A stretch of DNA of 64,000 nt from Botryllus schlosseri. Lineage: Eukaryota. Made by a program: the position numbers and the translations under genes. The stretch is taken from positions 496,001 to 560,000 of the forward strand of contig CM119378.1 of assembly GCA_051294905.1 (NCBI GenBank), read 5' to 3'. Under the pieces are notes generated by a model that was given only the letters and a program-made list of their open reading frames with translations, did no database searches and had not been told where the DNA came from. Positions 34,801 through 45,400 of this stretch are shown piece by piece. Position 1 is the first letter of the stretch, and every line of letters starts with the position of its first letter.

Positions 34801-37800
34801 AAGCCTCTCCTGTACAAGATGTTCAGATTACAAATGGCACCACAAGCAGGCTTGTTCAAATTGCCAATCTAGCCAGTTGACGGTCATCTAACCACTGGTT
34901 TTTGAACAGTTATATATAGCAGGGCCGGCCAACCTTTTTGGGCCAAGGGCCACATGGGATTTGCAAACCATTGCGCGGGCCACGTGAATGCTGATGACCT
35001 TTTTTAGTCGCCCAATAGGAGCAGACCGGATTAGGTAACGATGAAAATAAGACTCATACGGACCAGAATCGATAATAATTATGTCATGAAAAGTGAGCGT
35101 GAAAAGTCCATTAACAACCTAATCGCGCCAAGAGCAAAAACTTTTCAAAGTTTATGAATGAGTTCGGCCAATACTAATGTCACTTGCATATATCGCATCT
35201 GTATACCGCTGGGCTCATTTGTAAAGGACAGGATTATTCGGCGCTTAGACGTATGAATATCTAAGATTTCGGCGAATATCAGCCTATCAAGATTTCATCG
35301 CCGACCATCTTTCTGCGAGTGCAGACGCGAAGTCGAATGTTGGACGACACGGTCTTTCGTCATTGCGAATATAGTCAGACTCAATTCAGTAAATTGGGCG
35401 AATTTTGAATTTTCAGCAGGGGGCACTAAAAGCAACAAAATAGGTGACAATAAATCACGCAAAGTGTTAAGAACAATATCATCAATAAAATACCAGGAAA
35501 TATTTTACTTTATGGTCATATACATACGAAGATGCACGGAAAATGAGGCTGGTCCCTGGCGTATACGCCAATGCGGCGGAACTGATATCCCTAATTCTGC
35601 GGTCAGGCGACTCAAATTCTTAATTGGCCTTGTTCACAAGTTCACAGTAAATTACCTGGGTAATTTATTATTTGATATTTTATCTAATTCAGAGAATTAT
35701 CTCACAGGCCACCCCTGAGTTATAGTTATAGTTGCAGATCATGAATAGTGCGCAGTTCTAGTTGCTAGTTTTGCGAAATGATTAGTTGTATTTCTAGTAG
35801 CGAGTTTTGAAAGCGACTAGTTTTGGCAGCTAGTTTTAAAATGTGAATGCTTCTAGTTCTACTTGACACTTTTGGAAAGTGAGTAGTTCTAGTTGCAAGT
35901 TATGAAAAGTGATTAGTCGTATCGGGGCATTTTGGAAATCTGCCGTTTGCACAAGTCCACAATGTGACAACCAAATCACTTGCATTTTCCTCGTTCAATT
36001 TCTTGATCGTGCTGTGAGCTTGGTTGAGTTTCTCGACCACTTCCTTCACAGAAAGACCGAGACGTTGCCTCTCTTTTTCCAGGTCTGACACCTGCTCATT
36101 GTAAGTAAAGTTGCAACACAATAATCACAGAAAGTAGAGATTACACATTAGGGCTGTTCAAAAAATAACTTTTCCTACAGATTTCACTGGCTACTTGATA
36201 AAATTGTTATGTTGGTTAAAAAAACGATGCACACCAAATTTGGCTCCATTCTAACCAGTAGAAGCGAAGTTATTGCAGTAAACAAATTTCTAATTCCATG
36301 ATTTTATAATAAATAATTAAGAGTTAGTCACCGTAAATACTATTTTATTCAAATCCAAATATTTCTACTGCAATAACTTCGCTTCTAGTGGTTGGAATTG
36401 AGCCAGATTTGGTTTGCATCATCTCTACTGACATGCTGACAGCTTAACAATTTCTGGGGTCGGCAGAAAAATTTTGGAATTATATTTTTTTTGTTTTTTA
36501 ATGATAAATTCAAAACTTTCTTCTGCACGAATCTCGCTTCTACTGGCTGGAATGGAACCAAAGTTAGTGTACAGCGTTTTATTAACAAACCTAACAATTT
36601 TATCAAGTGGCCAGTGAAATCTGAAGGGAAAGTTTTTTTTAACAGCCCTACTACACATGGATAGCCAACGGGAGAATGTGCTTCTTAATTTCAACTGGAA
36701 GATCAATAAGCCGGAGATAATCAAATGTGAATCACGTAGGCTTCCATGACAAAATTTATAATCATTGAATTTACTCCACCAAAACAAAGTAAATAGATTA
36801 TAATCTAATAAAAATACTAGTACCGCAATAACCTACTTCTTGATCTTTGCCTTACTTAAAATCCGTTTAACTTTTAGATTTATTAATATTTTACAATAAC
36901 AATATTAAAAAGTGTACAAGCCACAATATGTGTTTCATGTTGAACAGTCCAATGACACCAGGAAAGCTAAAGGTTGAAAAAATAGGGGGGGGCACATTCA
37001 AGTCACCAGAGTTTGGTGTAAACGACCGTAACATCTACTTGCCTTCAATATTCTTTGCTCCAGATCATAATTGACATTTTGCAGAGTTGTATAACTTTCT
37101 CGGATGCTGAAATACATGAACGATGCATATTGGTGTTGACCCACAAAAATATTGCGCGGACTAGTCGACAAATGCAGTGTATTCTTGTGACTGCAATCTC
37201 ACCACCTTACAGTCTCGGAGCCAAAATGAAACAGCTATCAACGAATTCTCCTTGACACAAGCTTTTATATGAAACCTTATTTGCCCAAATATTTTATAGG
37301 GTTTGAACAACTTGTGGTCTAAATCGTGGCTGATTTTGCGCCATTGACAAAATTTTGCCTCAATTTAACCGTTACCGTTAGAGACCATCAGATAAGCTAC
37401 TTAGAATTCCAGGTGCCAAATCTCAACTGTAATCAAACATCTAGTTAAACCTTGAATATTACATTGATAACACCTGAACTCATCAAAACCGTAATAAGCA
37501 GAAAATTGTCAATTTTCAAAATCATGTAACCCCTCATCCCGAAATTCAATTTTCATAAATAGAGTTCATTCTGTGTGAAATTAGCTTATTTATGCCTGTA
37601 CAAATTTCAGATTTCAGACTGTGCCGTTAATAACATCAAAAGTCTAAATTTAGAATGGCTCCAGCTTCAATGTCACGCTATTCGACTAGTCGTATTGATT
37701 ATTGAATATTGCATTAATAAAATCGGAATTAGGCAGCCCCAGATGAGCAGAAAATCGTCAATTTTGAAAGTGACGTAAAAGGTCAATTTTCATCAATGAA

Positions 37801-40800
37801 AATTCAATTGGAATTAGCACACCTATGCATGCACGAAATTTCAGGACATGTCAAAATGTGCGGGTATTCATAGTTTGGAATGGCCCTATTATTATATATG
37901 ATTTGGCGTGTTTACTGCTGTCAATCACGCTAGATGTCCAAAACAAATACCTACACAATGTAAAATAAATGTTGAAAAATAAAACCGAAAATTTAAAGAG
38001 TCGGGTTCAATATCAACTGACCGTTTAAGAGCTTCGTTGCTTCTGTCGAGTTTATTTTTAGTCATCTCAAGTTGCGACGAAAAGTATTCCCTACTCTGGT
38101 CGTATTCTACTTCCATCGTTTCCAGTTTTCTTTCAGCGTTCACAACACGTTCGCGTAGCTCGGCATTCTCTCTCTCAAGAGACCTGGAAAGAGATGAATC
38201 AAACATCGACGGACCCCTTCTTGGACAGTCGCAAGATTTTCAAAATCTGCAATCAACTGGAGCTAGAACTGCTCAAAAATCAGTACACTACAAAAAAAAT
38301 TAGACAAATTTGGTCTCAAATTTAAGATATGAGGATGATTTGGTCTCATTTTCAGCAATTTTGGTCTCACTGATGAATTGAGGTCTTAAAATTGAGACCG
38401 ATTCAGCTTTTCAAGACCATATGTAATTGTCACAATTATTTGGTCTTAAAAATAAGACCAATTAAGCGCATCAAGACCAGTAAAACGCATCTTATAAGAC
38501 ATATTGTGCTTATTAAGACAATTTTTGCTGTGTCAGTATTTTTGGTCTTAAAATTGAGACCGATTCAGCTTTTTAAGACCATATATAATTGTCACAACTA
38601 TTTGGTCATAAAAATAAGACCAATAAAACGCATCTTATAAGACATATTGTGCTTGTTACGACAGTTTTTGCTGTGTCAGTATTTTTGGTCTTGTTTTTAA
38701 GACAAATTTCGCTAATCAAGAAACGACATGATTTGTGGTCTTAAAAATGAGACCTGAAAGTTGACATGGGCCAGGAGCATTAAGACATAACTAACTTATT
38801 GAGACAGTTTTTGATGTGTCAGTATTTTTTGTCTTGTTGTTAAGACAAATTTCGCTAATCAAGAAACGACATGATTTGTGGTCTTAAAAATGAGACCTGA
38901 AAGTAGACATGGGCCAGGAGCTTTAAGACATAACTAACTTATTGAGACAGTTTTTGATGTGTCAGTATTTTTTGTCTTGTTGTTAAGACAAATTTCGCTA
39001 ATCAAGAAACGACATGATTTGTGGTCTTAAAAATGAGACCGGAAAGTTGACATGGGCCAGGAGCTCTAAGACATAACTAGCTTATTGAGACGGTTTATGA
39101 TGCCTCAGTTTTTTTGGTCTTGTTTTTAAGACGAATTTTGCTAATCAAGAAACATCATGGTCCGTAGTCTTATAAATCAGAATGGTAAATTGTCATGAGC
39201 CCGGAACACAAGACGTAATTAGCTTTCTTTGACAAATTTTGATCCATCAAAGGTCATTGCAAATACAATCTAGCGGTGACTTGAGAGCGGAGAGCCAAAA
39301 CGTATTTGGTGGTGCCATGTTTGTCCATTTCTCGTTGGTAACATGTCACACTTCAAATAAGTCAAATACAGGATGCATTTTCGCCAGAACAAAAATTCAA
39401 AGTACCGTACCTTGTCACTTTTCACTGACACAATGGTGTTGGCACGTCGCACCCACCACAAATACTATTATATACTCAGACTACACTATATATTGTTTGG
39501 AGGATTGTATGCAAATTGGTAAGTGTTATATACAATAATAATGTTATATGAGACAAACGAGGAATATATGATAAAAGAGATTTACAACAAAACTTGCAAC
39601 TCAATAAGGAAACGACTAGCACACCGAAACGATATACCACAGGACTTGAAAGACCTTCAAAACAGATTATCATCGGGCCCAGCGAGTGCATAACATATCC
39701 GCTAAATAATCAAAAAACATATCCGTTACAAGTTGGAAAAAAAAAATAACAAGACGAACACAAAACCCGCAGACCGGAGGACGCCTCTAAAACAGATGTG
39801 GAGAGGGGACTACGATGGCCTGGGCTTTCGGCGAGCCGCAAAAAAAAAAAAAAAAATGTTATATAATGGGTAGGCTATATAATGAACTGCAAGTCCAGGT
39901 ATATTATGCTTCCCTTCATGCAGCACCTAACACTGACATGAATACCCACAGCTCGCGTGGGCGATAATGGTCTTATTTTCGAGCAATTTCAGTCTTAATT
40001 TTAAGACGAAAAATCGTTGTTAAGACCGATCAGTCTTTAAGACCGATTGGTCTTTAAGACATTTTTTTTCTAAAAAGTAACTTTAGACATTTTTTTTCTA
40101 AAAAGTAACTTTAAGACCATAAGACCAAATTTGTCTTATAGTTTTTGTAGTGTAGCTACTCTACTTGACTGCTAACTGACTAGACTGGTAGTTTGTACAT
40201 CGACTTTATTCACTTTTAATCTAGAGTGGAATCGGTGGCAACGGCACATGAGCATTTACATCTGTGATCTGATCACGCCGATTAAAGGATCATGCACACG
40301 TCACAAAGCGATACCAGAGCCCAGCTCCAAAACAAGGCGCTTGCGCTTTACAATGAACGCAAGCAAGCGTGGCATTTGCGCAGCAACGAATATACGGCGT
40401 AACCCTAGTCCGACGTATACCAGGTCTATTTTAGAACAATGTGTCATTTAGTAAGCAATTCTGTATTGAATCAGAGAGATACACTACAAAAAAAAATTAG
40501 ACAAGTTTGGTCTCAATGTCTCAAATCGATTTTTTAGCAGAAAAAGTCTTAAAGACAAATTAGTCTTACCAAGTACTTTATGTCTCAAAAGTAAGCCAGA
40601 AATTGATCGAAAATGGTAGCAGTGCCTTGGGGGCATCCTTTTCAATGTTAGGGGTCTGAGCGGAGGAGGGGAAGGATGAGAGAGACCAGAAATTGCAGTG
40701 TTGAGATGATCCTGTACTAAGTTTACAAGGTATTCACTAGATATAGTTATCAAGGTACATGCCACTTACTACTCACGTATACCATTCAGATCAATATATA

Positions 40801-41252
40801 TATGGTTGTCTGAGTCGAAAATAGCATTTATGGTGAGTGGGTGGTAAAATGAGACCAAATCAACCTCATTTCTTAAATTTGAGACCAAATTTGTCTAATT
40901 TTGAGACCAAATTGTCTAATTTTTTTTTGTAGTGTAAAGGTTTCCGTCACACGAATGAAAATTACCAAACAGAGAAATATGGCTGTCACGCACAACGTTG
41001 TCGAAAGCAACCACCGATTCCAGTCTGGCTTTTAATGACTATAATACGATATTTCTCATTATTGACTTATTTTAGGCTGTTGTCTTTGATACTAATACTA
41101 ACTATATTTTAAGGCATCCTGGTTGCTGTTTGATGGATTGGCGGATTGCATAAATTAGATTTTAGAAAATGAAAAAATAGTTATAAGCAAATGAATGGCA
41201 CTCACCCCGTTGTTCTTGTGGAAGAATGAAATTGTCCTTGCTTTTGTGCCAT
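28892..41252 (-). CDS. TJAP1 (Pilt)/BEGAIN-family coiled-coil protein, ~487 aa, 7 coding exons: 41252-41206, 38183-38022, 37106-37043, 36091-35984, 34809-34723, 31611-31403, 29678-28892
   Basis: The spliced reading frame is continuous and all phases are compatible. The N-terminal region SLERENAELRERVVNAERKLETMEVEYDQSREYF...YTTLQNVNYDLEQRI...IKKLNEENERLRNDCSLAVSLLQC matches the conserved BEGAIN/TJAP1 coiled coil (..DCNLAxQLL.C). The last two exons are low-complexity and supported mainly by phase and splice sites. Confidence 0.8.
30192..31034 (+). mobile_element. hAT-type MITE, CAGTGTTGGGAT family (uninterrupted copy, intronic)
   Basis: Perfect TSD ATTTTGCA (30184-30191, 31035-31042). Confidence 0.9.
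31953..33905 (-). mobile_element. hAT-type MITE, CAGGGTTGTAA family, interrupted by a pogo-like MITE
   Basis: Ends match the reverse of the 51982-52544 copy. Near-TSD GTTCATAT/ATTCATAC. Confidence 0.7.
32730..33596. mobile_element. pogo/Tigger-like MITE
   Basis: TIR CCGTAATTTTCCA / TGGAAAATTACGG, TA TSD, CCCATG(C/T)ATA(A/G)TACGCACCC subterminal repeats. Partial relative at ~63170-63370. Confidence 0.85.
34920..35717. mobile_element. hAT-type MITE related to 20695-21357
   Basis: CAGGGCCGGCCAACC start, GGCCACCCCTG end, shared internal sequence. Flanks AGTTATATATAG / AGTTATAG. Confidence 0.7.
36149..36650. mobile_element. Palindromic hAT-type MITE (TAGGGCTGTT)
   Basis: Long imperfect TIRs. 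Near-TSD TTACACAT/CTACACAT. Related sequence at ~59500-59800. Confidence 0.8.
38286..40152. mobile_element. CACTA/EnSpm-type non-autonomous element with internal 162-bp and 143-bp tandem repeats
   Basis: CACTACAAAAA ... TTTTTGTAGTG, flanked by TA. GTCTTAA/TTAAGAC subterminal repeats. GACAAATTTCGCTAATCAAG-like blocks at 38701, 38844, 38987 and 39130. Confidence 0.85.
39550..39855 (+). mobile_element. Poly(A)-tailed 5'-truncated retrotransposon (L1/Tx1-like) inserted into the CACTA element
   Basis: Open frame ending ...DLKDLQNRLSSGPASA*, a 3' UTR and a ~16-nt poly(A). TSD ATGTTATAT (39541-39549, 39856-39864). Confidence 0.7.
40482..40934. mobile_element. Short CACTA/EnSpm-type MITE
   Basis: CACTACAAAAAAAAATTAGACAA ... 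TTGTCTAATTTTTTTTTTGTAGTG, flanked by TA. Confidence 0.85.
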
Positions 41253-42436
41253 GTATTCCTTCAAATAAAAATAAAATCAGCATTCCTAGCACCTAGTACT
41301 CGAAAACAAAGATTACCGAGGCCTTCCTGTATGGCCGTACAGACGATCCTGTGCCCTGAGCTGCCATACTTCAAAAGTACACCCGCCTCGAACTGTTTAT
41401 TTAGCTCAGTGTGCGATGTGCGATCAACAACAAAACAAAAAATGTTCGTAAACCACTGTGACTCACGTGAGGTTCCTCAATTTTCTGTATGTCGACTAGA
41501 TCGATTATATCACGATTGCTTAGTAATCCCGTCATCCCCCTAGAAAACAAAATAACTAATCATCAGATTATATTTTCATCAATTAGCATTTTTTCTGAAT
41601 TTGAAGTTAGAATCGGATTGGGATTGGACGCGGATTTGAATATCTAGAAAAAATTATAATATACGCAAGGCAGGAATGGATTGAAATTTATCTTTTACAA
41701 CCAACAATTATCTTGACATAGGGAATAAGGAATAAGATAACTTAACATAGGGCCGCACCTCTCATGTTCATTGGCACCGAGTGCTCCATAGTGTAGTGTA
41801 CCATAAATACATTAATAACTGTTCTGAATAACGTTTGTCGCCACGCCACACGATCTTCCAATCTTCCAGAAAATCGGTAAATCCAATCAAAATCCTAATC
41901 CGTTCACAAAACAAAAAAATTCCAATCAAATCTCTGATATCTATCCGTAGGTTATTTATCTATATTCTATAGTTGATTTAACTCCTTGTTACAATACAGA
42001 TATCAGTAGGCGTACGCAGAATCGCAGATATTGTGTTGGCCTCTCTCTCTCTCTCTCTCTCTCCTCAGTGGAAAATATTGTATCTCTGACCAAAGTCACT
42101 CAACTATCTACTCAACTATCTAGTATATACTATCTGTTGAGTGACTTTGTCTCTGACTACTTGACACGAATCATTATATTCGATTCAGATTCAGGTGCTC
42201 GAACTCAAATCATATGCCCAGCCATATATATACTATACCAATCCTGTAATAATTTGTACTGCTTCTGTGACTAAAAATCAATGGCTATCAAATATTTCTC
42301 ATGTTAATATATTTCTTTTTTCAGACAGGCTATAGAGAGACATGCAGTAGGCAGCATTGTTTTATTGGCTGTGCTGTATTCATGCAAGCCAATTATTTTC
42401 TGTAGTATAAACAATATTGCTATCAAACAAACAAAT

Positions 42437-45400
42437 ATGGATCAACGTTGCAGAGTTTGCACCTCAAAATTTGGGATCTTCAAGAAGGAAGTAAGTTTCT
42501 ATAGTTTTGTAATTTGTACAATACATAGGCCTACTTGAATCATAGTGACAGTGCTTATGAGAGTTGTCACCAAGTCACGAGTTTCTGAGTCACAAATCAA
42601 TCTCACCTTTATAGTTTTTACTCGAGTCATTTTCTATTCACCACTGATTCAAGTCGAAGTCAGACTGCAAAGGGTCGAGACTCGAGTCAGAGTACAAGTC
42701 ATATATATTGAACAAGTCACTTTTTGACAACCAAGCGATATCAAATGCCTCACATTCAAAATATTCTCAATTTTTCAATTATTCAAAAGGCTAAATGACC
42801 TTACAGTCCATGCAGTTAAGTGATCAAAACACAGGCCTATACCAGGCTGGGGCGGGCAACATATGGCCCACGAAGGGATTTTGAGCAGCCCGCAAAGAGT
42901 TTCTATCCTGAGAGTAAAATTCTAATCCGAAAATATTGACAAATTTTATGCGTCACAGAATAAGTAAGTTTGCGAAGTTTACATTAAATACGGTTTATTC
43001 CTTGTATATGTGGATAAATATGCGATTAATGTAGGCTATATATTCTGGGATCCGGCCCGCCTTGTAGGCCTACTTCATTTTCTCGTATCGGGCCCCCGCC
43101 GACTGGAGAAGTTGCCCGCCCCTGGCCTATACCATAACTTGAACGAAGTGGCATCGAATTGATGATGATGATGAGACCAAATAACTGAGTTGTCTCGTGC
43201 TTTTATCTTTATGATCTGATTCTTAGGACCACTGACCATAATTTCCCTTGATTCGCAGAATTTGTCTTTACGTTTGTTTGTTGGTCTGATTATGAAGTCT
43301 GAATAATCGTGACAATTCAATCAGTCACCAATTTTAAGTCCTCACTTCAAATTGTTAAAGATGTAAGGCCAAATTTGCAAGACGTTTTTTGTAGTGTATA
43401 TATAGTGTTTTGAACTCGTTTGTATATGCCGGAACGATAATTCCAGTTGATGAATTAATTCTCAGTGGCAAGAGCATATAATTTGATTGTACTCGAAAAA
43501 ATCATTAGAAGTAATAGCCGATTCTAATTTGAGTTTTCAAATCACTCTGTCCAGTTTATTGTGAAATCATATCGATTATTCAGTTTGTTCTTTTAATCAC
43601 CCGAAAACATTACAAGACAATAATAAACACGTACTTTCAGGTTGAATGCCCGCGATGCCGCATCGCGCTTTGTAAAAACTGCCGATCTCACGCGATTACG
43701 ACAGAAGGAACCAACCCTCAACTGGTTTGCAGGAAATGTTTCACTGAAGTCACAGCCGGAAACTCGGCAAGAAGATCTCCGCCATTGAATTTTAAAAGGT
43801 TTACTATTTGCATTATTATCAAAATATATCGGACCAACACATTATTTGGGAAATATCAGTTGGAAAACGACACACAACAATCCCATCGTGACCATTAGCA
43901 TAACTCTCATTCCAGTACTACACTGCAGTACAGGCCTAGTTTCTCTCCAACTATAAAACGTATCATGTTACCTTTACCATGATGATGTTCCAGGAGGTGC
44001 AGAACTTCAATATACAATTAAATAATATATTCATACTGAAATAAAGTTGATTATTTTCGACGACACTATTTGGTGGTTGTTGAGGTGCAAAGTTCTTTTG
44101 AACTCTCTACTAGTTGTTGACAATTACCCCTGACGAGCGTCAGCCGAAAATATCCGGGTTTATTTCAGTATGAATGTGTTATTTAACTCCTATCAAGAGT
44201 TAACGGTAGCCTACAATAAGAAGCATATACAGAGAGATTCAAATGAAAACCGATTTGGCAATGTATGATGTAACAATCTAATTGTAATATTGCCTTGAAA
44301 GCAATATTGAAGTTTTGTACCGCTAGTCAGGGTTGTAATGACTCGAGTCATGATTTTCTGATGACTCGAGTCAATATGTGTATTGGCTCAACTTGGACCA
44401 AGTCATATGACTCGAGATTCATACGGCCAAGACTGACATCTCATTGTAATTCCAAAGAGTAGTAAATTAAACACACGATTGATATTTCGTCCATTGGTAC
44501 TGGTACTTGAAAATGCGACCGGAAACTGTTAAAAGTGCGAAAAAATAGTATTTATAAATGCGAACTATTCGATATCACCAAACAGAGTTATAAAAATGGG
44601 TTTAACAAGACTGAGTACTCAACACAATGACTCGGACTCGAGTCATAATACCATGACTCGGACTCGTCCCTGTGCTCGTTGACTTGGACTCGGACTTGAC
44701 TCGTGGTGAATTAAAAATGACTCGACTTGACTGTCAAAACTAAAAGTGAGATTGACTTGTGACTCTGAGCATTGTGACTTGGTTAGAACCCTGCCGCTTG
44801 TTGCCTATTCAATCGTTCGCATCTTATACTATTACACAGTATACACCTAGGGTACTTCAGTAGGAATGTTGGTTTTTGGGCAACTTCGCATCCTTTTTTG
44901 CTAGTTCCGCATGTCCTTGGCAGAAAATAAGCACTTATTTCAACTCCAGTACCATACACGGATGCATCATTTTGTGCAGAGAACTAGCCGCGAAACAGCG
45001 TCTGGAGGAGAAGAAATCTGCCGCGCTGGACGACGAAGATTTGAGATTGGCCGAACGTTTCCACAATCTCGTGCAGAACGATCCGCCCGACAAAGGTACA
45101 AAACTTTTTCACTTGACTTGACCCGAATCACTTTATTGAATTGATTGACTTGACTCGAGTCATCTTCAGAAATGAATAGACTTGGAATGACTAAAATCAT
45201 CTTGAAAAATGAGTGATTTGACTTGACTAAACTTCAAACTTTGGGTGACTTGACTTGACTCAACTTCAAAAATACAATGACAGGACTTGAGTCATTTTCA
45301 ACAATTGAGTGACTTGACTTGACTTGAGTTAACTTAGAAATAGAATTACAGGGCTCGAGTTGCCTTCAAAAATTGAGTGACTTGGCCTGAGTCTGACTCG

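Noticed and set aside
38380..39230. CRISPR-like regularly spaced repeats
   Set aside because: The units repeat in full with no unique spacers, lie inside a CACTA element, and there are no cas genes in this eukaryotic context.
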